A DNA stretch of 63,948 nucleotides, the filler included, from Chrysochromulina tobinii (Eukaryota): NCBI GenBank assembly GCA_001275005.1. It is 5 parts of 5 records of this genome, joined end to end, with 100 filler letters (N's around TTAATTAATTAA, not from the genome) between each part and the next. Parts side by side here need not be neighbours in the genome. Positions count along the whole stretch, not along the records: positions 16,560 to 30,673 come from JWZX01000476.1; positions 30,774 to 44,952 come from JWZX01000478.1; 3 more parts are not named here. One strand, 5' to 3'. Of the stretch, positions 22,072-33,141 are shown in pieces; within the stretch, counting starts at the first letter, position 1; every line of letters begins with the position of its first letter. The notes below the pieces were generated by a model, which saw only the letters and a list, made by a program, of their open reading frames with translations, searched no databases and was not told the origin of the DNA. A program made the position numbers and the translations under genes.

Positions 22072-22315
22072 CTCTCAACCTCTGTCGACCAGCGCTTCTA
22101 AGGCAGGAGCCGGTGACGATGAATTGGAGCGCTGGAGGCGGTGCGAAATCTTCATAAGCAAACTGTGAAGCACAACCTTTTTCGAGAGAAATGATGCGAA
22201 ATGGGCGTGTTTCTCGAACTTTCTTCTCGTTCTTTCCGAAAACGCCCAATACGGCGGTATTAATGAACGAAGCCTTAATTTTCCCCGTGATTTACTATCG
22301 GAGACCGTCAACACA

Positions 22316-23341
22316 ATGGCGACCGCTAACACAATGGCGACCGCTACAGGCGATGGCAGAAGTCCGCACCGAGCCGCCGCACCGAGCAGCAGCAGCAGCA
22401 GCACGCGCATCAGCGGCGGCGGCGGCGGAGGGAGCGGCAGTGGCGGCAGCATGCGCCACTTCTGCGCGCACCTGGGCGGCTCAGCAGCAGCGGCGATCTT
22501 CAACTTTCCACTGTGGAAGGCTGCAGCGATCGGCCAGAGCGGCTTCAAGGAGGCGCCAGACTTTGCCGGGCGCATGCGCCTCATCTTTGGCCCTCCGTAC
22601 AAGGGCGTGACCGCTACCATCTTTGGTATGACGTGGGCGCGTGCCGCCATCTTCTATGGCAGTGACGTCGGCAAGGACTACATGGTGCAGCAAGGCCACT
22701 CGACGGCACTCGCGAGCACGGTGCCGCCGATGGGACTCGCGGTGTTCGTGCAGGTGGCCAACCAGCCCATCGTACGCAGCACCATCATGCTGCAGGACCC
22801 AAGCTCGACGCAGCCCAATGTGCTCTCGCAGCTGGTCGAGCTCACGCGCACACGTGGCTGGAAGGCGGCCTATCATGGCTCGTCGGCGTCGGTGCTCAAG
22901 ACGGTGCCCAAGTACGTGTGCGCCATCTTGGTCAAGGATTGGGTGGCGGCCAATCTGCCGCCGCCCTCGGCGCGCGAGGGCACGCGCCAACACAAAGTCG
23001 AGGCACTCAACCGCGCCGCCGTCAAGTCGGTGGCAGCGGGCGTGGCGGGCGCCGCGCTGACCAACCCACTAGACGTGATCCGCAACGAGATGTTCAAGTT
23101 CGAGGAGGGCTTTGGGCAGACGGTGCAGAGGCTGCTCCGCTCCGAAGGCTGGGCCTTTTGCCTACGAGGCATGCAGCGCAACCTCGTGGCCGTCGCCGTG
23201 CCGATTGCGATGACCATCTTCCTCACGGACACGCTGCTTGAGCTTCTGGCGCCGCCGGAGCTCAAGCCGGCACGGCTCCTCGCACGGCGCCTCTCATCGT
23301 TGCCCTCCGAGAACGTGAGTGCTCAGCCGAACCCAAAGTGA
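22316..23341 (+). CDS. Mitochondrial carrier (SLC25) family protein
   Basis: Three carrier repeats with signature-like motifs FPLWKAAA, QPIVRSTIMLQ and NPLDVIRNEM. Confidence 0.85.
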   Translation: MATANTMATATGDGRSPHRAAAPSSSSSSTRISGGGGGGSGSGGSMRHFCAHLGGSAAAAIFNFPLWKAAAIGQSGFKEAPDFAGRMRLIFGPPYKGVTATIFGMTWARAAIFYGSDVGKDYMVQQGHSTALASTVPPMGLAVFVQVANQPIVRSTIMLQDPSSTQPNVLSQLVELTRTRGWKAAYHGSSASVLKTVPKYVCAILVKDWVAANLPPPSAREGTRQHKVEALNRAAVKSVAAGVAGAALTNPLDVIRNEMFKFEEGFGQTVQRLLRSEGWAFCLRGMQRNLVAVAVPIAMTIFLTDTLLELLAPPELKPARLLARRLSSLPSENVSAQPNPK

Positions 23342-23749
23342 TAGGAGTGCAGCGGAACCGCCGATCCCCACCCCGCGTCCCTATGTCCGCGCGTGCCCGA
23401 AGCCGATCAAGCGATACACATGCGGGATGTAAACTAATGAACTACAGTACTGTGGATCGAGCGATACATAGTAGAAATCGGGTCCGAAATAGGTGAGCTG
23501 TCACTTGAGACGGCCAGGTGTGGAGTGAGGTGTGAGCGCGCGCCGGGACCGCGACGAAACTGACTGACTGACTGACTGAGCTGCCGATTTCTGTTTGGAG
23601 AGGGTGAATTTGCCCCGTAACCCGGATTTGCCGCGAAAGGCAATTGAAATTGCAAATTCAAATTTGGAACAGGAATTTGGCGAATCGCGCAAAACGCCTG
23701 CACAAAACGCCTCATCCGGCTAAAGGGACTTGTGTGTCCGCCTCACGGC

Positions 23750-24826
23750 ATGAACATTCTCGACCTCGACAGTGATGCACTCGAGAGCGTTCTCTCCAGG
23801 CTGAATGTTGTCAACGCTTCATGCGTGGAGCAAGTGTCGAGCAAACTTCGAGCAATGCGGCCGGTGCACAAGCTGCTCCTCAATCGCGAGAGGTTTCGGC
23901 AAAGCGTGAACCTGATTGCGAGGCTAAACCAGGCGTGTCACAAGGAGCTTGGAACAGAGAGCACGGCCGCAATAATCCTTAATGAGCTGGCCGATGTCAC
24001 TGATTCGAAAGACATTCGACGGGAACTGGCTCATGCTGGCTTGATGGCCGCATTGACCAGAGCCTTTAAGCGCTGGCCCATCAATTCAGTCAGCACACAC
24101 AATGCCGCGGCCACGCTATGGAACCTGACTGCGGGCAACGTGGCCATGCCTGCTGTCGACATGGTTGCACAGCTGGTGGACGAAGGCGCAGTCGAGCGGC
24201 TCGTGAAACTGATCACATGTAAGCTGCCGGAAAGTGGCACGCGCGCCGCCAAATTTGCCATGATGGTGCTCAGCAATGCCATGTCGAACCAGGTCCAGGA
24301 TGCCGTTGCCGAGCGTGTTGAGCGTGCAGCAAGGGCCATGGGCCTCCGATGCGGTTTATATCCGAAGCTGGTGAATCTGCTCAAGGCATGGACTGACAAG
24401 ACCGATGCGCACCCAGAGCTGACTGGTGTTAAACCAGTTTTGAACGTCATCTGGGTTCTGGCCAATCGTGGGGAGAGCGCGCTTCATCTTGGGTCACAGC
24501 CTGATTGCTTCGAATCGCTACTGCGCCTTGCGAACGGCGATGATGCGGAGCTGCGCTTCAGTGCGACTGGCGTGCTGCTGAATCTGCTGGATTGGCGGGT
24601 CAACGCGGACAGGTTCAAAGCCGTGGGCGGCGAGGGCGTCAATGTGCTCAGCCGTCTGATGGCCGACAATACGGTGCCGCCCTCTCGCAAGGGCGACGAG
24701 AAGATGGAGATTCCCGCCGACGAGCGCTGCATAGCGTATCTCGCCGGAATAGCGCACGACGTTCTCGATGAATGGGGCGACTCGCTTTCCGAGCATGATT
24801 CCGACCGTTCCGAGTCCGCCGAGTAA
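23750..24826 (+). CDS. F-box-like plus armadillo-repeat protein
   Basis: N-terminus ILDLDSDALESVLSRL...VEQVSSKLR is F-box-like. ARM-type helices AAATLWNL, GAVERLVKLI and ATGVLLNL. Confidence 0.7.
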   Translation: MNILDLDSDALESVLSRLNVVNASCVEQVSSKLRAMRPVHKLLLNRERFRQSVNLIARLNQACHKELGTESTAAIILNELADVTDSKDIRRELAHAGLMAALTRAFKRWPINSVSTHNAAATLWNLTAGNVAMPAVDMVAQLVDEGAVERLVKLITCKLPESGTRAAKFAMMVLSNAMSNQVQDAVAERVERAARAMGLRCGLYPKLVNLLKAWTDKTDAHPELTGVKPVLNVIWVLANRGESALHLGSQPDCFESLLRLANGDDAELRFSATGVLLNLLDWRVNADRFKAVGGEGVNVLSRLMADNTVPPSRKGDEKMEIPADERCIAYLAGIAHDVLDEWGDSLSEHDSDRSESAE

Positions 24827-25118
24827 CGTCGCAGTCGGACGGAGAGGGCAAGTGAAAGCAAAGGTGGGCTGTGCGCGCGGCGACGGTAGCATGTATGCAT
24901 ATATGGAGAAAATACTTTGATGATTTCAGTGGCACCGCGCTTGCAATCCGCCTCTGCCATCCCAAAAGTACGGACTGCACATTATCCGTCGCGTCGCGCC
25001 TTGGTCGATGTGCGCCATATGCATGTCGGAATCCGTGTCAACCAGGCACGCGCGGCGGACATGCACTGAACCGCGGACGTGCACTGCGCCGCTACACAGG
25101 ACAGCATCGCGCGCTTGC

Positions 25119-26895
25119 TCAGAGCGGGGCGAGGAACTTTGTGTAATGGTCGAGGTCCGCTGCGACCGCGGCCGCGGCCGTGTCCTTGACGGGATAGGCG
25201 ACGACCGTCTCGACGGAAAAGGCTCGCAGCGCCTCCGTGACAGACATGGTGCCTTGCGCGGAAGACCGGCGTCCCGAGAAGGGCACAGTGTCAGGCGAGC
25301 GGCCACACTGCACGTTCAGGTTGATACGGCCAACGATGGTGGCGAGTGTGTCGACGAGGGGTGCGGCCGCCTTTGCATCGCCCGTAAAGATGGACGCCTG
25401 CTGCCCATTCCACGAAACCTTGAGCGCGCTCTGCACTTCGGAGAGGTCGCGGAAGCGAGCGACCGGTACGACAGGGCCAAACTGCCACGAGGAAGAGCAC
25501 GTGTCAATCAGTGTCAATCAGTGTCAATCAATGTCAATCAGACGTAACTCATGGAAGACTCGCATGGTGAGACGGTAATCAGACGACAATCACCTGCTCC
25601 TCATGGAAGAGTCGCATGTTGGGTGTGACACCATCGAGCACCGCGGGTGTGAACAATGCGCCGCGCAGCTCGCCGCCGCCCGCCGCCGCATTGGCGAGTT
25701 TTGCACCCTTGGCGAGCGCGTCGGCGATCAGCGCCTCGAGAATCTGCGGCTTCTTCTGTTCGGGGAGCGGGGTGATGCTCACGCCCTCTTCCCATGGCAA
25801 GCCCACCTTGAGGCTACTAATTCTGGCCACGAGCTGGTTGACGAATTCATCGGCTATGGTCTCGTGCACCATGATGAGCTTGATGGCCGTGCACCGCTGC
25901 CCGTTGTACGAGAGGCCCCCGAGCACGCACTGCGCCACGGCTGTCTCGAGATCCGCATCTGGTAACACGATGCCGAGGTTCTTGCCCTCGAGCTGCGCGA
26001 AGACCTTCAGACGATGAGGCTTCGGGTGGGCCTTGATCAGGGCATCTGCGCCATTGGCACCGCCAATGAAGCCAAGCACGTCCACGAGCCCGGTCTGCAT
26101 GATGGGCCCCATCGTCGTGCGCCCTGCGCCCGACACGAAATTGATCACGCCCGGAGGCAACACCCTCCCGAGGACCTCCGCTGTCAGTACGTGCGCGAGG
26201 CCGCCGATGGCCGGGAGCTTGAGGACGGCGCAATTACCCATCAGCAGCGCGGGGATCAGCATCGCGTACATCTCATTCAGCGGGTAGTTGAACGGCGCGA
26301 GCCCGAGCATCACGCCGATCGGCCCGCGCCGTACCCGCACGCTCACGCCGCTCACCTCAGTCCAGCCATTGAAGCCTTGCCCGAGGGTCGGGTCGGCCTT
26401 GAGCGCAGCGATGGTGGCGCCCACAAAGTCCATCGTGCGATCGAACTCCTTGGCAGCATCCCCAGAGTTCTTGGCTATCTCCCACATCAGCACGTTGACT
26501 ATCTCGTCGCGCACTGACCAAAGCTCCACAACGAGCTTCTCCACTGTCGCAATACGTTGGGCAAGTGACATCTGAGGCCACACACCCTGCCCACCATCCC
26601 ATGCCTTGGCGGCTGCTTCAACGGCCTCGACAGCATCCTCGGCCGACATGCGTGGAAGCGAGCCAATTATAATTCTCTCGCCTGTACTCTCGTCGAAGAT
26701 AGGCGATGCAACTTGATCAAGTTCGCCGGAGTACTTTTGCAGCACGCCACCAACAAACTTGAAATTGCCGATGACGGATGGCTTGGAAGCGTACCGCGAT
26801 GAGTCGGGCTGCACGCCCGCAGGCGGAAGCGACGGGCACTGCCATTCGCCCGCAGCGATCGCTGCGACAACGAGTATGATCGCCAGCGCCGGCAT
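25119..26895 (-). CDS. gapN: NADP-dependent non-phosphorylating glyceraldehyde-3-phosphate dehydrogenase (ALDH11/GAPN-like); intron 25482-25593
   Basis: Motifs PFNYPLN, SYNGQRCTAIK (catalytic Cys) and R.PD..PFSGR.SS.QG. Splicing restores the conserved EEQ|FGPV. Confidence 0.88.
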
Positions 26896-26993
26896 GGTGA
26901 TTTTTGCCGAAGGGTACTGTACCGGGTACTGTACCGGTAAGACGGCTGTGTGTGGGAGGTCGCGACGAGAACACGAGCATCTTCCTTTCGCTT

Positions 26994-27081
26994 ACGGAGG
27001 GAGCGCCGCTGCGCTGCCTGTGTCGGGTGGCGGGGGGTGCCTCTGGGGGGGGAGAGGTCACGACGATGAGGTGATGGGGGG
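26994..27081 (+). repeat. ~88-bp direct repeat, copy 1 (copy 2 at 30586-30673, cut by a gap)
   Basis: ACGGAGGGAGCGCCGCTGCGCTGCCTGTGTCGGGTGGCGG...GGTCACGACGATGAG.TGATGGGGGG is nearly identical at both sites, 3592 bp apart. Confidence 0.92.
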
Positions 27082-27279
27082 TGTCCAAATCGGGCGCCGA
27101 TTCGAGCATGCAAGCGCGCGCTATTCCGTTCGCGCTCCCGACAGTCAAACGTTTGACTTGAGACGCGCGTGGTCGACGTCGCGTCGTCGCCGCTCCGCCG
27201 CTCTCCCTCGTGACCAAAGGCGCCGCTCCGCCGCTCTCCCTCGCGACCGAGGGTGTCCTATCCTGTACCTCTTCGTTGT

Positions 27280-28190
27280 CGGCCGCTGCCCTCGCCCTCG
27301 GCTCCGCAGCACAGGCCGCCTCGCGCCGCTCGGCACGCGCGCAGCTCATCGCCCTGACGGGCTTGACGCTCGCCGCAGCCTGCAGTCTCAGCTCGCTAAT
27401 CATGTCGGCCGCTGCTGCGCCTCGGGCAGCACAGGCTGCCTTGCTCGAGAGCGCAACGGATCGCCCTGACGGGCGTGACGCTCGCCACCACATGCGGCTT
27501 CAGATCACTTTTCATCGTGGCCGTAGCCCTCGCCCTCGGCTCGGGCGGCATAGGCCGCCTCACGCTGCTCGACGCGCGTGCAGCTGATCGCCCTGACGGA
27601 CTTGACGCTCGCCGCCGCCTTCGGCTTCAGCTCGCTCATCATCTCGGCCGCTGATCTCGCCCTCAGCTACGCAGCACAGGCCGCATCGCGCTGCTCGCCA
27701 CACATGCAGCTGATCGCCCGACGGGCTTGACGCTCGCCGCCGCCCTCGGCTTCAGCTCGCTCATCATCTCGGCCGCTGCCCTCGCCCTCGGCTACGCAGC
27801 ACAGGCCGCATCGCGCCGCTCGGCGCGCGTGCAGCTGATCGCCCTGACGGGCTTGACGCTCGCCGCCGCCTGCAGCTTCCGCTCGCTCATCATCTCGTAA
27901 TCACCTCGGCCGCTGCATTCGCCCTGTCTGCTCGCGCAGCACAGGCCGCATCACGCTGCTCGGCGCGCGTGCAGCTCATCGCCCTGACGGGCTTGACGCT
28001 CGCCACCACCTTCGGCATCAGCTCACACTCAATCATGGCCATAGCCCTCGCCCTCAGCCCGCACAGCACAGGCCGCCTCGCGCCACTCGGCGCACGTGCA
28101 GCTCATCGCCCTGACGGGCTTGACGCTCGCCGCCCCCTGCAGAACTGCAGCTTCAGCTCGCTCATCATTCTTGGCCGCTGCTCTCAGCCT
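27280..28190. repeat. Minisatellite A, ~125-bp unit, ~7 degenerate copies
   Basis: Recurrent GCAGCACAGGCCGC...GCAGCT(C/G)ATCGCCCTGACGGGCTTGACGCTCGCC...CAGCTCGCTCATCAT. Confidence 0.9.
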
Positions 28191-29945
28191 AGGTGCTTTC
28201 TCTCTACCGAGCGTGCGGGGAATGGGCATTCTGCCCCTGCCGCCGCTTGGGGCGTCTCGTGCAGCTACTCGTGTTGAGTCAGCGGCCGAGGCGCTTTCTC
28301 TCCACCGAGCGTGTGGCGCGGCATGTTGCCAAGCCGCCGCTTGGGGCGTCTCGCGCAGCTACTCGTGTTGAGTCAGCGGCCGAGGCGCTTTCTCTCCACC
28401 GAGCGTGTGGCGCGGCATGTGTTATTGCCAAGCCGCCGCTTGGGGCGTCTCGTGCAGCTACTCGTGTTGAGTCAGCGGCCGAGGCGCTTCCTCTCCACCG
28501 AGCGTGTGGCGCGGCATGTTGCCAAGCCGCCGCTTGGGGCGTCTCGTGCAGCTACTCGTGTTGAGTCAGCGGCCGAGGCGCTTTCTCTCCACCGAGCGTG
28601 TGGCGCGGCATGTGTTATTGCCAAGCCGCCGCTTGGGGCGTCTCGCGCAGCTACTCGTGTTGAGTCAGCGGCCGAGGCGCTTTCTCTCCACCGAGCGTGT
28701 GGCGCGGCATGTGTTATTGCCAAGCCGCCGCTTGGGGCGTCTCGTGCAGCTATACTCGCCGTAGAGTCAGCGGCCGAGGCGCTTTCTCTCTACCGAGCGT
28801 GCGGAGGATGGGCATTCTGCCCTACTGCCGCTTGGGGCGTCTCGTGCAGCTGCTCGCCGTAGAGTCAGCGGCCGAGGCGCTCACTCTCTTCCGAGCGCGC
28901 GGTGCAGCACTTGCCATGCCGCCGCTTGGGGGCGTCACAAGCAGCTACTCGTGTAGAGTCCGCTGCCGAGGCGCCCACTCTCTTCCGAGCGCGCGATGCG
29001 GCACTTGCCAAACCGCCGCTTGGGGGCGTCTCGCGCAGCTACTCGTGTAAAGTCCGCTGCCGAGGCGCCCACTCTCTTCCGAGCGCGCGGCGCGGCACTT
29101 GCCAAACCGCCGCTTGGGGGCGTCTCGCGCTACTACTCGCCGTAGAGTCAGCGGCCGAGGCGCTCACTCTCTTCCGAGCGCGCGGTGCGGCACTTGCCAA
29201 ACCGCCGCTTGGGGACGTCTCGCGCAGCTACTCGCCGTAGAGTCAGCGGCCGAGGCGCTCACTCTCTTTCGAGCGCGCGGTGCAGCACTTGCCAAACCGC
29301 CGCTTGGGGGCGTCACAAGCAGCTACTCGTGTAGAGTCCGCTGCCGAGGCGCCCACTCTCTTCCGAGCGCGCGGTGCAGCACTTGCCATGCCGCCGCTTG
29401 GGGGCGTCTCGCGCAGCTACTCGCCGTAGAGTCCGCTGCCGAGGCGCCCACTCTCTTCCGGGCGTGCGGTACGGCACTTGCCATGCCGCCGCTTGGGGGC
29501 GTCTCGCGCAGCTACTCGTGTAAAGTCCGCTGCCGAGGCGCCCACTCTCTTCCGAGCGCGCGGTGCGGCACTTGCCAAACCGCCGCTTGGGGGCGTCTCG
29601 CGCTACTACTCGCCGTAGAGTCCGCAGCCAAGGCGCCCACTCTCTTCCGGCGTGCGGCGCGGCCTTTGCCAAACCGTCGCTTGGGGGCGTCTCGCGCAGC
29701 TACTCGCCGTAGAGTCAGCGGCCGAGGCGCTCACTCTCTTCCGAGCGCGCGGTGCGGCACTTGCCATGCCGCCGCTTGGGGACGTCTCGCGCAGCTACTC
29801 GCGTAGAGTCCGCTGCCGAGGCGCCCACTCTCTTCCGGGCGTGCGGTACGGCACTTGCCAAGCCGCCGCTTGGGGGCGTCTCGCGCTGCTACTCGCCTTA
29901 GAGTCCGCGGCCGAGACACCTTCTCTCTCCCTTCTCCCGAGCGCG
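28190..29945. repeat. Minisatellite B, ~92-100-bp unit, ~18 copies in two subtypes
   Basis: Recurrent GCCGCTTGGGG(G)CGTCTCG.GCAGCTACTCG...GAGTC.GC.GCCGAGGCGC. The subtype switches near 28850. Confidence 0.93.
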
Positions 29946-30673
29946 TGCGTTGCGGCATTCGCCCTCTCGCCGCCTCGGGACCCTCGCACGGCCCATGCCC
30001 GCGGTGGCACCGTGGGTCGGCAGCCGAGGCGCTGCTTCATCCCACCTCCTCCTGCGACACCTCGCGTACCGTCTCGTGCAGTCTTCCCTCTGCTCATCTC
30101 GTCACTCACCCAACCCGTCCGCGCTGCTACGCACCGCCGAGGCGAGCGCGGCCGTCCGACAACGCTTCGCTCCGAGTGCCTCGGTGGCAGCTGGCACGGC
30201 CCGCCATCCTGCCTTATGCCTCTCCCCTCTCCGCCACGCAGCCTCGCCATCAGCATCGATCACGCTGTGACGCTGTCCTCCCTGTTCTTTCCCGACCATC
30301 CTCATCTCGCTACACGCTCGACAACCTCCTCGGCCGTCTACCAGTCAATGCAAGTTCGGGGCTCGGCGATCCAGAGAGCTGCAGATGCCGCGATGGGGGT
30401 CCGTCGCTGGGAGAGTCGCCGTTGCCGCCACTCTGACTGAGTGCCGGGGCGGCCTTCTTCCGCTCAGGAGGGCGTCGCTCACAGCGGCGGTCCTTTCCCA
30501 TCGAGGCCTTCTAACACAGAAATTTGGCAGTCTCTCTGATGGATGGACAAGGGCTCGGTCTCCCCGAGGGGGGAGCCCGCGACCGACGGAGGGAGCGCCG
30601 CTGCGCTGCCTGTGTCGGGTGGCGGGGGGTGCCTCTGGGGGGGGAGAGGTCACGACGATGAGATGATGGGGGG

Positions 30674-30773
30674 NNNNNNNNNNNNNNNNNNNNNNNNNNN
30701 NNNNNNNNNNNNNNNNNTTAATTAATTAANNNNNNNNNNNNNNNNNNNNNNNNNNNNNNNNNNNNNNNNNNNN
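30674..30773. other. Artificial contig-join linker
   Basis: N-run with TTAATTAATTAA. Confidence 0.97.
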
Positions 30774-31882
30774 AGGAGGAGGAGGAGGAGGAGGAGGAGG
30801 AGGAGGACGTGCCTCCCGGCATCGCACTGCCCCCGGGTGTGGCGGTCGCACCGGGCGCCGCGCCACCACCCGAAACGGGCGTCGCGTTGCCCGACGGCCA
30901 CCGCCCTCCCGGCCCGCCTCTAGGGCTCCCGCCAGCAGCGGCGAACCGGCAACCCCCCGGCCCGCCGCCAGGGCCACCGCCGAACCGGCAACCCCCCGGC
31001 CCGCCGCCAGGCCCACCGCCGAACCGGCAACCCCCCGGCCCGCCGCCAGGCCCACCGCCGAACCGGCAACCCCCCGGCCCGCCGCCAGGGCCGCCGCCGA
31101 ACCGGCAACCCCCCGGCCCGCCGCCAGGGCCATCGCCGAACCGGCAACCCCCCGGCCCGCCGCCTGGGCCACCGCCGCCTGGGCCGTTTCCGGGGATGCC
31201 TCTGGGCATATGGCCGGCGCCGGTAAACGCGATGGCGCCTAGCATGATGCCGCCAGTACGGATGCCGCCCGGCCTACCGCCGCGCTTCCCTCCCCATCCG
31301 CCTGTTGGCTATGGCTACGGAGCGGCCATTGGTGGGCCCATGCCACATGGAGTGCCGCCGGGGCCGCCGCCGGGGATGCACGCAGCGCATCGGATGGTGG
31401 CGCCGTGCCCTCCGCCGCCGAGTGTACCGCCTGGTCCGCCGTTGGGTCCGCCGCCAGCAGCCGCGTTGCCCTTATGGGACCCATCGCACTGCCAGCATCC
31501 TCTGCCGGCAACCGCAGGCGCGGCAGCCACCGCGGCCAGACCGGCGGTGATCGCCGCGGCGCCTGCCGCGCCTGCCGCGCCTGCCGCGCCTGCCGCGCCT
31601 GCCGTGCCACGTGCCCTAGGGAAGGCGGAGCGCACTGCAGCAGTTGCGCTCATGCCGGCTGCAGTTCGTATCCAACGGCAGCCCATCGCGCGACCGCGGC
31701 CACCGGTGGGCGCGCCCTCACGTGCGGCCGCGCTCGCGCCGCCGGTCATCGACTACCTGACTCCGAGCGCGGCGCCCGCCGCACGGCCGCCGTCCAACGT
31801 GCCCAGCGCAGCCGCCAAGCCCAACTGCTCCTCCGGGGACGCGTACGAGGACTTCTTGGCGAGCATGAATGGGCTGCTGTGA
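30774..31882 (+). CDS. WBP11: WW-domain-binding protein 11 (WBP11/NpwBP)-like splicing factor, 5'-truncated by the gap
   Basis: Poly-Glu, then PPGPPP-rich repeats (39-bp unit NRQPPGPPPGPPP, ~6 copies), LMPAAVRIQR and the C-terminal DAYEDFLASMNGLL, which resembles the conserved WBP11 tail. Confidence 0.72.
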
Positions 31883-32022
31883 GAGTTGGGCTGTCTTAGC
31901 ACGTACCGCTGTAGAGTACGTTTTAGACCGAGGGTGGGATGGGATTCGTCCGACGCGCCGCTGGACCTCGCGCCAAATTGGGGCAAGTTTGTTGCACGAG
32001 TTTGTCATCCCACCTCGACACC

Positions 32023-33141
32023 ATGCTCATCACGCTCGCGACCATGCTCCAGCACCACCGCGCCGCGGCTTGGATACCCTTCCGAGCTTCGGCGTGCCTG
32101 AGCAGGACGTTCGTCACGATGAGCACAAACGACCCGCTCGCGGACTCGCTTGTGCGGCTGGACAAATTGCTGTCCGAGCGTGGTGCGGGATCCAGGAAGG
32201 ACGTTGACAAGTTGATACGCAAGGGCCTGGTCACTCTGAATGGCGAAGTCGTGGGCAAATCGGACGGCAAGCTCAAAGTCCCATTTTCCTCCTGCCCGAT
32301 CGTGGACGGGTACGAGTATGCTCCGCCGCCACTCCTCGTAGCATACTACAAGCCTCTCGGGGTCGTCTCCTCAATGAGAGACGACCGTGGACGGGCCGAC
32401 CTAGCGACCGTGCTGCCGTTAGAGTGGCAATCTTCGATGCATCCCGTCGGCCGCCTGGATGCCGATACGACGGGGCTGCTGCTCTTCAGCCGCGATGGCG
32501 ATCTCACGCACCGGCTGCTACACCCCAGATTCGTCGTGGAGCGCGAATACCTTGCCGAGGTGGAGCACCCGATCGACGCGGCGGCCCTCGGGGCACAGCT
32601 TGCCGAGGGCGTGGAGACGATCGAGGAAGGCGAGAGCCTTGTCGTGCAGGCGCAGCTGCTCGAGGTGATAGGGCAGACGGTTCGCCTCGTCGTGACCGAG
32701 GGCAAATACCGCATGGTCCGCCGAGTGCTCGCTAACGCAGGCCATCCCGTGGTGGCGCTCCACCGCGTACGCTACGGCGAGGTGCGCCTGGACGCGCTCG
32801 AGCTTGAGGAGGGGGACGCGGTGGCCATTGAGGGCGATGCCCTCGAATGGGCCACCTCGCTTGCAGTGGCGGCGCCGTCTGCAGGCAGCCGCAGCAGCCG
32901 CAGCAGCCGCAGCAGTGAGGCGGACGCCCCTCAGCGCCTCGTCGAGAAGGAGGCGCGTCAACCAGTCGCGCGCATGGACTTGGCGGCTGCCATGGAGGCT
33001 GCGTGGACGCCACGGGAGAGTGACGTGCTCCTTGTCGTCGAGCAGGCTGATGTGGCTCGCGAGGAGGCGGTCGAGGCGCTCAGGAGGCACCGAGGTGACA
33101 TTTGGCGACGTTGGAGGAGCTCTTGTGAAGGGCGCTTGTGA
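32023..33141 (+). CDS. RsuA/RluB-family rRNA pseudouridine synthase (S4 + catalytic domain) with a C-terminal UBA-like domain; probably organelle-targeted
   Basis: S4 domain RLDKLLSERGAGSRKDV. Catalytic motifs YYKPLGVVSS, VGRLDADTTGLLL, EGKYRMVRR and LHRVRYG. Transit-like N-terminus. Confidence 0.9.
   Translation: MLITLATMLQHHRAAAWIPFRASACLSRTFVTMSTNDPLADSLVRLDKLLSERGAGSRKDVDKLIRKGLVTLNGEVVGKSDGKLKVPFSSCPIVDGYEYAPPPLLVAYYKPLGVVSSMRDDRGRADLATVLPLEWQSSMHPVGRLDADTTGLLLFSRDGDLTHRLLHPRFVVEREYLAEVEHPIDAAALGAQLAEGVETIEEGESLVVQAQLLEVIGQTVRLVVTEGKYRMVRRVLANAGHPVVALHRVRYGEVRLDALELEEGDAVAIEGDALEWATSLAVAAPSAGSRSSRSSRSSEADAPQRLVEKEARQPVARMDLAAAMEAAWTPRESDVLLVVEQADVAREEAVEALRRHRGDIWRRWRSSCEGRL

Noticed and set aside
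28190..29945. Regular ~95-bp periodicity resembling a CRISPR array
   Set aside because: The whole unit is repeated with no unique spacers, there are no cas genes, and the context is eukaryotic. It is a minisatellite.
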